Shown piece after piece: positions 37,672 to 45,922 of a DNA stretch of 64,000 nt. Under the pieces are notes generated by a model that made no database searches, had not been told where the DNA came from, and saw only the letters and a program-made list of their open reading frames with translations. The stretch is from the NCBI GenBank assembly GCA_965223155.1, contig CBDCVR010000014.1, positions 704,001-768,000 of the forward strand. Reading direction: 5' to 3'. A program made the position numbers and the translations under genes. Every line of letters starts with the position of its first letter. The stretch's first letter is position 1. Source of the DNA: Candidatus Multivoradales bacterium (GTDB taxonomy: Bacteria; Acidobacteriota; Thermoanaerobaculia; Multivoradales; JAHEKO01).

Positions 37672-40600
37672 GGCAGCGGGGCTTCGAGTTCGATCCAGTT
37701 GATCTCGGCGCGCCGGTTGTTCTCGTTCCAGAGCTCATTGAACTTAACGATCCGAACGCGCACGTCCGAGTAGTCAGTCAAGCCCGAGGCCACCGAGGCC
37801 GGGATCGCAACCCGCATCGTCGATTCCTGGAAGTAGAGATCGCGGCCCCAGTACTTGAGGGTCGTGCCGCCCTGGAGCAGCACGATCCGAATCCGGACCG
37901 GCTCGTTATCGAGCGCCCGGCCGCGGACCCGAAGGACATGGCCTTCGTCGGTCCCGGGATCCGTCATCGAGGCCATCGCAAGGGTGAATGAGTCCGAGGT
38001 GCCGGCCGAGACCGAGGAGGTGACGACGTTCGTCAGATCATCGACCTGCTCGTGAACGGGTGTCGGCGAGAAGGAGTTGGTCGCGGTCGTACCGACAGCG
38101 GCCACCCGCTGGACGGGAGCGGAAACCTCGGGGACTCGAAACTCGACCTCAAACAGCTCGGCCCGACGATCCGAGTTGTTGCCCGTGATCTCATGGAACT
38201 TGACCACCTTAATCTGAACGTCGCCGTAGTCTTCGAGATTCGTGGCGGCTTCGGGAGGTATGGCGACTACCGCGACCGACTCCTCGAAGCCGAACTCGAG
38301 GTTTTGGTAGGTCAGCGAGGTGCTTCCCCGCATCAGGTGCACGCGCAAGGTCACCGGGGCGTTGTCGAGTGCCCGGGCCCGGACGTGGATCTCGTGCCCG
38401 AGATCGGTGTCAGGATCGCCCATCGGAGCCATCCGAACCGTCAGAGCATCGCTCATACTGGTACCAGCCGTCATGCGGGAGGTCACGAAGTTGGTGGGAT
38501 CGTCGAGCTGATCATGGACCGGCTCCGAAGAAGTCCAGTTCGAGCTCACCGTGGCGACCGGATAGGCGCGCCAGGCCTCGAACGTGAGGGCCGCCGGATC
38601 CGACAGGGCTTGTCCGTAGTCGCTCGAGGCCAGGCACCGGTAGGTGCCCGCGCTCGAGGCGTCGACGTTCCGAATCGTAAGCTGGGTAGTCGCGGCGCCT
38701 TCGATGCTGGCATCATCGGCCAGATCCGCGCCGTCTTTCTGCCAAAGATACGAGAGGGTGCCATCGCCCGTCGCCGCGCACGAGAAGCTCGCCTCTCCGC
38801 CGGCGATCGCCGTCGCCGGGGCCGGCTGGCTCGTCACCTGCGGCGGGTTTCCGATAACGAGACTCGCCGAGGCCGACACGGCCTCGCCAAAGCCGTTCGC
38901 CACCCGGCAGGCATACCCGCCGGCATCGGACGCGACCAGACTCGAAACCGTCACGCTTGGAGTCGCTGAGCCCGTCACTCGGGCTCCATCCACGAGCTCG
39001 ACACCGTTTCGGAGCCACTCGTAGCTGAGTGGCTCCGTGCCCGAGGCCGAGCAAGAAAAGGTGGCGCTCGTGCCGACAAGGGTCGAGACGCTTGCGGGAC
39101 TTGTGGTGACTATTGGCGCTGACCCGACCGAGACCAAGGCCTGAGCCGAGATCGCCTCGCCCCAGTCGTTGGCGACGCGGCAGCTGTACTGTCCGGAATC
39201 GCTCCCAACTGCGTTGGAGATCGTCAAGGCTTGAGTCGAAGCGCCCGTGACACGGCCGCCGTCCACAATCGCCTGCCCGTCTTTGTGCCAGGAGTAGGCC
39301 AAAGGCTTCGTCCCGGCTGCGAGGCAGGACAACGAAACGGAGGAACCTTCGGACACGGCCTGAGGTGCCGGCCCTTCGGTCAGATGCGGCCGAACGGCGA
39401 CGGTAAGCTCTGCGGGAGCCGAGATAGCTTCGCCAAACTCGTTCGAGACCTTGCACGAATACACCCCGGCGTCGCCGCTGGAAACCGAGTCGATTGTCAG
39501 CACAGGGGTCTCGGCTCCCGGAATGCCCTCGTCGCACAGCGACACGCTGTCCCGCCACCAGCAGACGTAGGCGGGATGGTCGCTGTAGTAGTCACAGGTC
39601 AGCGAAACCGATTGCCCGGCCAGAACCGTTTGATCCACCGGCTGGTAGGTCAGCACCGGGGCATGCTCGTTGTCCGCCGGAGGTGCCGCGCCGTTGCACA
39701 GGACGGTGCGCTCGGTGCCTTCCGTGCCCATATTGGAGTTGAAGCCGGCAGACGAGTCGGCGTTGACACGGACTCGCGTGGGCTCGGCGGGGATTGCATA
39801 GGGAATGTCGACCGTTACGGTGCCGCCAGGAGGAACGGGACCGACGGCGCCGAGATCCGCCTCCACGAAAATGGGATCGTGGGTCGCGTTCCACACGCTG
39901 GCCCGAAGCTTGTAGCCCTCCTCGAGCGTCCATATGGACGTACCGTCGTTGAGGAAGGAAACCGTGAACGTGTAGTCGGTGCCGCATTCGAGTACCGGCG
40001 GCACCGGCCCAATTGAAATCTGCGCGGAATCCCTGCTAGCGACCTCCTGCGATTCGAGGAGCAGCGCCTCCCCGGAGTGCAAACTCAGGATGGCATTCGT
40101 GGCCAAGACAACGGTCCCGTCGCCGGCCCAGAAGAGAAACGCCGGCACCATAACCGCCCGATCGGCCGCGAGATCGATGACGTAGGTTGTATCTCGGTAG
40201 GCTTTGACACTTCCCCGGACCGCTATCTTGGAGTCGTCAACCCACCACCAGCCCCCCTCGTCCCAGAGCGGATAGAGGCGGCCGTCCTCGAAAACGGCCA
40301 GCGTCTCGACTAGATTCTCCCCCGTGGCCGCAGAAAAGACCCCACCGAAGCCCTCGAAAAGACCTGTCTCGAGGTAGTAGGTACCGTCCGGCGAAAGCCC
40401 GTCGAGATGAGGAGACAGATCCGTGGACGGACTCCAGACGCCGCCGCTGTCTCGTTCGAGACGCACATCAGACTCATAGAGGGGCCGGACCACCAGCGTC
40501 CCCCCAGACTCCCAGAGCACCTCATCGCCGCCATCCAGCATTGCTTCGACCACCCACCCATCGATCGTCACCACAGCGGTCTGGCGGTTGATGAATCCCT

Positions 40601-41018
40601 CTTCGGTGTAATCCCCCAGGACGAGCGCAAGGTGTCTCGAATCGGGCGCCCAGCTGTACTTGTAGACGCCGGTCATCGCAAACTGCTGGGTGCCTGTCTC
40701 CGAATCGAGGACTCTAAGATGGTCCAGACCCTCGACAAACGAAACGAACTGGCCGTCCGGTGAAATACCAGGACGCTTGATGCCGTCCTCGGTGCACCGC
40801 CAGAACACTTCGGGCGGCTCCCCTGGTCGTTGCTGATAAAGCACACTGCGCTCGAAGGCCGCATCTTCGGGGACGAGCTGTTGGGATACCTCGGTCGGAA
40901 TTGCGACTCCGAAGCCAACCACTGGGCTCCATTCTGAGGGCCAGGCCGACGCGCAACTGCCCAGGGCAATGAGGAAATAGGCGGCGTAACCTTGCCTTTG
41001 TCGGGAATTCTGCATCAT
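37668..41018 (-). CDS. Cassette 1 gene B1: signal peptide + beta-propeller + NBR1-like Ig + 4 Ig domains + conserved C-terminal tandem domains (candidate immunity/partner)
   Basis: ISPDGQFVSF, WAPDSRHLA and LSPDGTYY are propeller-type motifs; C..W....D.G.Y.C Ig signature occurs 4 times; ATGA overlap with the A1 stop. Confidence 0.8.
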   Translation of the reverse strand: MMQNSRQRQGYAAYFLIALGSCASAWPSEWSPVVGFGVAIPTEVSQQLVPEDAAFERSVLYQQRPGEPPEVFWRCTEDGIKRPGISPDGQFVSFVEGLDHLRVLDSETGTQQFAMTGVYKYSWAPDSRHLALVLGDYTEEGFINRQTAVVTIDGWVVEAMLDGGDEVLWESGGTLVVRPLYESDVRLERDSGGVWSPSTDLSPHLDGLSPDGTYYLETGLFEGFGGVFSAATGENLVETLAVFEDGRLYPLWDEGGWWWVDDSKIAVRGSVKAYRDTTYVIDLAADRAVMVPAFLFWAGDGTVVLATNAILSLHSGEALLLESQEVASRDSAQISIGPVPPVLECGTDYTFTVSFLNDGTSIWTLEEGYKLRASVWNATHDPIFVEADLGAVGPVPPGGTVTVDIPYAIPAEPTRVRVNADSSAGFNSNMGTEGTERTVLCNGAAPPADNEHAPVLTYQPVDQTVLAGQSVSLTCDYYSDHPAYVCWWRDSVSLCDEGIPGAETPVLTIDSVSSGDAGVYSCKVSNEFGEAISAPAELTVAVRPHLTEGPAPQAVSEGSSVSLSCLAAGTKPLAYSWHKDGQAIVDGGRVTGASTQALTISNAVGSDSGQYSCRVANDWGEAISAQALVSVGSAPIVTTSPASVSTLVGTSATFSCSASGTEPLSYEWLRNGVELVDGARVTGSATPSVTVSSLVASDAGGYACRVANGFGEAVSASASLVIGNPPQVTSQPAPATAIAGGEASFSCAATGDGTLSYLWQKDGADLADDASIEGAATTQLTIRNVDASSAGTYRCLASSDYGQALSDPAALTFEAWRAYPVATVSSNWTSSEPVHDQLDDPTNFVTSRMTAGTSMSDALTVRMAPMGDPDTDLGHEIHVRARALDNAPVTLRVHLMRGSTSLTYQNLEFGFEESVAVVAIPPEAATNLEDYGDVQIKVVKFHEITGNNSDRRAELFEVEFRVPEVSAPVQRVAAVGTTATNSFSPTPVHEQVDDLTNVVTSSVSAGTSDSFTLAMASMTDPGTDEGHVLRVRGRALDNEPVRIRIVLLQGGTTLKYWGRDLYFQESTMRVAIPASVASGLTDYSDVRVRIVKFNELWNENNRRAEINWIELEAPLP

Positions 41019-44000
41019 GGGTCACATTTCAGCTCAAGAGCTGTCTGCGGTTGCCGGAAACCGATATGTAAGTGATGGTGGTGCTGGTCGTTCTCGTATT
41101 TGTAGACGCCGTCTGGAAAGATTGGACAGATGTCTTTGAGTCTGCTGCGGTCGTCGACGATGACCTTTCTTATCAAGCCGCCTGGTGAGTTCTTCTGGAG
41201 GAGGGTCAGGAATAGGCAGGTTGCCTCCGGGTCGAACACCTGATCAGCGTATCGCCAGTCGAACGAAAAACTCTTCTCGTTCGTGTTCTTGAAGTACCTC
41301 ATGTCAATGTCCAGTCCATTCTGGTGGTCGAAGTGGGGGGGGGCCGAACCTCCACGTATCTTGCTAAGGTCGTTGAACATCGGCCGAATCTCACCGACGA
41401 AGTCCGTATCAGTGGGGACCGTTGGGTTGTCGAAGCCCTCGGCGGTGGCCGTGATCCATTTGATAACTGACCACGCACAGCTGTAGTCCTCTTCTTCCCA
41501 GCCGCCGTAGCGACCCCAGTGCTCGCTGGTGCCGAGTGCTGAGGAATTCACCAGGCATCCATTGCTACGGGTGCCGATGTGGTGGCAGGCGGTGCAGGAG
41601 CCGCTGACATGGGGACCGAGGTCCACTCCCGTGTCGAAGGGCGAGAACCCCGTGCCGGAGGCGCTGGCGAAAAGCCGCGTTTCGGTACTTCCGCCGGCAC
41701 AGCCACATCTTTGGGGCAACTGCACCTGGACCGTGCGGCGTCCGGTACGCGGGGGCCACTCGGGATCGCCCTCGATGATGGTCACGTCGACGACTCGGAC
41801 GCATTCGTCTTCGGTCCCAACCGACAAGGCATTCAGCTCGCCACTGGGCTCGGTTTCGTTTTCAAACGTTGGCCCTTCGAAGCCATAGCACCAGAGACCC
41901 GAAATCGACCAGCCTCTTACTAGCGGTATCGTTCCCCGGGTTTCGTAGTTGGCGCAGATCTCGAGATCGATCGCAAACTCGAAGACATTGTCACTGTTGA
42001 ACGGATCGATTAGAACGCAGCCTACGAGAGACCCTTCGATCTCGAGTCGTGCAATGACGTGAAGTACATTGAGTTCGAGGAACTTCTCGGCCCCGGGTAG
42101 CAGACTGACGACTTCCGACGGCGCCATGTCCGCAAGCGACTCCAGGTCCTTCCATAGAGTCTGGGACTCGTCAAAGTCCAAGATGTTGTATCGGTAGTTC
42201 TTGGAGTAGCAGCCACTCAAGATACTTCCGGTAGGGAGCGTGACGTCCGGCTGGAGCAATGTCTCCGTAGGTCTTGGGGCCTGAAGCCGAACGCCTGTGC
42301 CGCCGATGAGCGTCTCGGCGACCGATGCCGTTGCCGTACTGCCACCTACCGTCAGCGGCAGCCGAACGCTGCCTTCGGAAGTGGTCACAACCAGTTCGGA
42401 GGCTCCCAAAGATGCTCCGTGGGTAACAGCAAGCGTTGCAAGGACCCCGTTCGGAGCGGTTCTGACGCTGTGAAACCGAAGGCCGCTCCCGCTCACCGAA
42501 AGCGTTGCACCCGAGAGATTCGCGCCGGCGATCTGAAGGAGGTACTGTCGGCCGCGCGCCACTTCACTGGGCGTGTACGAGTCAACCACAGGTCCCTTTG
42601 GAAGGATTCTCACGAGAGCGAAGTCGATACCTCCGTCGGTTGCGACAGCGAGGGCCTTGAAGCCGACGTCTGCGGACCGTGCGTCGATATCTAAGGTCAG
42701 CTGACTCGCAGAAGAAGAAACCGACGCCACCGAGGGCAGCCCTTTGTTGGCACCACCCGGGAGCCCGAACGAGACATCGGCACCTTGGAGATTTCCACCG
42801 GACAGGGTCGTCCGGGTAACCGCACCTTGGGGCACGACGATCAAAGCATCTGTCAGAGTTGGTGATCCGGCAGTCGGATTCGTGACTTGGATTGCGGAAG
42901 CGTCGAGCTCGCCAAAGCGGGTCCCGCTCGTAGTTTCCATTTGCCAACGGACAGAGTAGTAGCCAGGGACCGCTGAGCCGGGGATCGTGACCTCGAAGAC
43001 GAACGAGTGCGAGCCAGATTCGTCGATCTGTGCACCTGCCGGCAGCTCCACGCTCGCCGGAAAAAAGTCGAGGTCGGTGTCGACGGCCAGCCGATGGGTG
43101 CCGGCCTGCCAAGTCGAGGTACCGTTGTTGGCAACACTTACTGAGATCGTATGGGTCGAACCGAGTGCCATCGGAGACGGAACGTTGGCCGAGACGATGT
43201 CGGCGTCGTTGGCTCCCGTCTGGCAGGTCACCTCGATGGGATGAGAGACGACGCCGCCGAACCAGGCGACGCCCTCGTTGACCATCTGCCACTCCGTCCC
43301 ATAGCTTCCGGGCTGCGACGGCGCGGTCAAGGCGACCGAGAACGAATGCTGGGATTGCGGGGCGATCGAGGCGCTTGTGGGCAGCTGAACCCGAGTCGCA
43401 TCGGCCCGGAACGGGTCGCTTCCTCCCGTCGGGCCTAGTTTGTAGCCGTCCGCCCGTGTCCAGACCGTGTCGCCCGTGTTCTTCATCGTGACGGCATAGG
43501 TCCCCACTTCGCCACAGGCCATCTGCGACGGCAAGTTGTGACCAACAGCCTGGGCAGCGTCTTGACAGGTCACGGTGATGGTCTTCGAGACCTTCTCGCC
43601 GAACCACTGCCCGTTCTCGACCATCTGCCACTCAGTGGTGAGAGTCGTTGCCGTCTCGGGCGCTACCAGCGAGACGTCGAAGGTGTGGGAGTCGTTCTCT
43701 TCGATCGCGAGGCTCGCCGGCAGGTGGACCCGGGCGCCGCTCGGGTTGAAGGGATCGGTATCCCCGGGAACCCCCAGTTGATGACCGCCGGCAGCGGTCC
43801 AGGGCTTCGAGCCGCCGTTGCGAAGCGTTATCTCACGAACCAGGGTCGAGCCGCAGGTCATGGAATCGGGCAGGGTGTCCGAGACCCGGGTGGCAGCGTT
43901 GACGCAATCAACGTCGATCCTGGCAGTCACGAGCGGGCCAAAAGGCTCGCCGTTGTGCTCCATCTGCCAGAGGGTCATGACGTCGTTCTGGTGGGTGTCG

Positions 44001-44752
44001 CTCGGGGCCTGGAGGGGAACCTTGAAAGGGTACTGGCCTCCGCCGCGACCGACCGTGACATTGCTCGGCAAGCGCACCGGAGCGCCGGACGGGTTGAACG
44101 CGTCGCTCGTGCCCACGTTGGCGAGATAGAACCCAGCCGCGTCGGTCCAGTCGGTCGAGCCCATGTTCTGGAGCGTCACCGTGGCTTCGTCTTCCGAAGA
44201 GCAGTTCATCGCCGCCGGGAACACCTCGGCGGCGAGGACCGCGTGATCCCCACAGACGACGTTGATGTCCTTGAAGACGATCGAACCGAACCATTCGACC
44301 CCCTGCTCGGCCATCTGCCACTCCGTGCGCACGACGCCGTGGACGTCCGGGGCGGTCAACTCGACGGTGAACGTGTGCCGCTGTCCCGGAGCGATGGTCG
44401 TGCCTACGGGGAGCCGGACCTTGTTGCCGTTCGGCCGAAACGGATCGTCGTTGTCCGTGACCCCGAGCCGGTGCCCGTTCGTACCGTCCTCGGTCCAGTC
44501 GCCCGTACCGACGTTCTCGAGCCGAATCGTGAACGACTCGGTGTCGCCGCAGTACATCGCGTCCGGCAGGTTCTGCGAGACGACAAGAGCATCATTGACG
44601 TCGGCGCCGACCGGCGGATCCTCTGGCCCCGGGTCGGGCTCCTGGGCGGTGGCGACCGCGGCTGCCGCGAGCACGGCTGCGCAGGCTCGCCCGATTCTTC
44701 GGTATCGGCGGGAGGGGCTAGCCTTCTGTCGTCCCATCCCAACCCACTCCAT
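41015..44752 (-). CDS. Cassette 1 gene A1: secreted NBR1-like Ig-repeat protein with C-terminal MepA-like metallopeptidase (candidate polymorphic toxin)
   Basis: Signal peptide; five N.G...W / WQM....FG repeats; C-terminal DLS...GG, HFDHQNGLDIDMR and HHHHLH match the MepA/M74 LAS peptidase pattern. Confidence 0.8.
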   Translation of the reverse strand: MEWVGMGRQKASPSRRYRRIGRACAAVLAAAAVATAQEPDPGPEDPPVGADVNDALVVSQNLPDAMYCGDTESFTIRLENVGTGDWTEDGTNGHRLGVTDNDDPFRPNGNKVRLPVGTTIAPGQRHTFTVELTAPDVHGVVRTEWQMAEQGVEWFGSIVFKDINVVCGDHAVLAAEVFPAAMNCSSEDEATVTLQNMGSTDWTDAAGFYLANVGTSDAFNPSGAPVRLPSNVTVGRGGGQYPFKVPLQAPSDTHQNDVMTLWQMEHNGEPFGPLVTARIDVDCVNAATRVSDTLPDSMTCGSTLVREITLRNGGSKPWTAAGGHQLGVPGDTDPFNPSGARVHLPASLAIEENDSHTFDVSLVAPETATTLTTEWQMVENGQWFGEKVSKTITVTCQDAAQAVGHNLPSQMACGEVGTYAVTMKNTGDTVWTRADGYKLGPTGGSDPFRADATRVQLPTSASIAPQSQHSFSVALTAPSQPGSYGTEWQMVNEGVAWFGGVVSHPIEVTCQTGANDADIVSANVPSPMALGSTHTISVSVANNGTSTWQAGTHRLAVDTDLDFFPASVELPAGAQIDESGSHSFVFEVTIPGSAVPGYYSVRWQMETTSGTRFGELDASAIQVTNPTAGSPTLTDALIVVPQGAVTRTTLSGGNLQGADVSFGLPGGANKGLPSVASVSSSASQLTLDIDARSADVGFKALAVATDGGIDFALVRILPKGPVVDSYTPSEVARGRQYLLQIAGANLSGATLSVSGSGLRFHSVRTAPNGVLATLAVTHGASLGASELVVTTSEGSVRLPLTVGGSTATASVAETLIGGTGVRLQAPRPTETLLQPDVTLPTGSILSGCYSKNYRYNILDFDESQTLWKDLESLADMAPSEVVSLLPGAEKFLELNVLHVIARLEIEGSLVGCVLIDPFNSDNVFEFAIDLEICANYETRGTIPLVRGWSISGLWCYGFEGPTFENETEPSGELNALSVGTEDECVRVVDVTIIEGDPEWPPRTGRRTVQVQLPQRCGCAGGSTETRLFASASGTGFSPFDTGVDLGPHVSGSCTACHHIGTRSNGCLVNSSALGTSEHWGRYGGWEEEDYSCAWSVIKWITATAEGFDNPTVPTDTDFVGEIRPMFNDLSKIRGGSAPPHFDHQNGLDIDMRYFKNTNEKSFSFDWRYADQVFDPEATCLFLTLLQKNSPGGLIRKVIVDDRSRLKDICPIFPDGVYKYENDQHHHHLHIGFRQPQTALELKCDP

Positions 44753-44868
44753 CGTTGGTCACGGGCTGGAATGCGTTGGCGGACGACGACTCGCGGCTCA
44801 GAAAGCCCTGAGAGCGACGGGCTCGCGCCGCCGGAGAACCGACACAACCATTACCAACCACGGAACAC

Positions 44869-44897
44869 AGGGTAGTGGCAACCGTTGTGATTCGCAA
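44869..44897 (-). promoter_or_regulatory. Putative sigma70 promoter, cassette 1
   Basis: TTGCGA-N17-TACCCT; the boxes are conserved in the diverged cassette 3 copy. Confidence 0.55.
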
Positions 44898-45025
44898 GTC
44901 AATTTCAAGGCGAAGCCCCAAACGGCCCGACATCCTGAAGCCGAATCGGATGGGGTGAAGACAGGTCGAGCCCGAAACGGCGGCCCTTCCTAGCGCCGTA
45001 TTCGACCGGCGGCGGCCGGGCCGCC

Positions 45026-45922
45026 CGAGCATCGCAAGCGGTGGACCTCTTGCTGGGCCGCGTCGAAAGCCGACCGGACGCCGTTTTGCAGCTCGGGCTC
45101 GCCCAGTATCAGAGCGGCGACCTGGACGGGGCGCTGGCTACCCTCGAGCCGGCCGCGGCGGCGCTGCTGGCTCGCCTCCAAGCCGGTCAGCCCGCCGGCG
45201 AATACCCCACGGCTCTCCTCATCGAGTACGGCCGCTTCCTGGTTCTGGGCGGCCGCCATGCCGAAGCGCTCCCCTATCTCGAGACCGCTACCAAGGTGGT
45301 CCCGGACAGGAAGCAGGGCTGGCAGCAGCTAGGTCAAGCCCTGGCCGCGGTCGGCCGCCGGGACGAGGCGCGAGCCGCCCTCGACCAGTTCCAGAGCATC
45401 GTCCAGAACGAGGTTCCCGGATCGCTACGCAACATCCGGCTCAAGGGCGGCTTTGAAGATCCCGTCGATCGCGAGCTCCGCCGCGCGTACCTGCTCATGC
45501 TCCAGGATCAAGGCGCCGAAGCGCTCGAGATCGTGCAACGGGAGGCTCGCCTGGCGCCCGAGGATCCCCGACCCCGCTTGCTCGAAGCCCGCATCTATCT
45601 CGCCCAAGAGGACTTCGACGCCGCGGCGGCCGCCGCCGAGGCTCTCGTCGCTGGACTTCCGGGTAACGCAGACGCCCTCTACATCCGCGGCACCACGCGC
45701 ATGGCGCGGCAGGACATGGAGGGCGCCGAGAGCGACCTGCGCAACGCCCTCGAGCTCCATCCCGAGCACACCGCCGCCCTCAACGACCTGGCCGTCCTGC
45801 TCATGGACACCGACCGGGGCCAGGAAGCTCGCGGCCTCCTGGAACGAGCGCTCGAGATCCGTCCCGACGACACCCTCGCGCGCGAGAACCTGAACAAGCT
45901 CGACGCCGGCGGCTCGGGCTAG
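45026..45922 (+). pseudogene. 3' half of the TPR gene (5'-truncated copy 2)
   Basis: Matches ~36775-37671 (RASQAVDLLLG...KLDAGGSG) with mostly synonymous changes; lacks the signal peptide and N-terminal half; frame intact from GTG 45041. Confidence 0.75.

Noticed and set aside
41579-41596. CTACH as a c-type heme-binding CxxCH motif in A1/A3
   Set aside because: It is single, sits at a domain boundary and is replaced by CATSC in A2, so a disulfide or metal linker is more likely; heme is not formally excluded.
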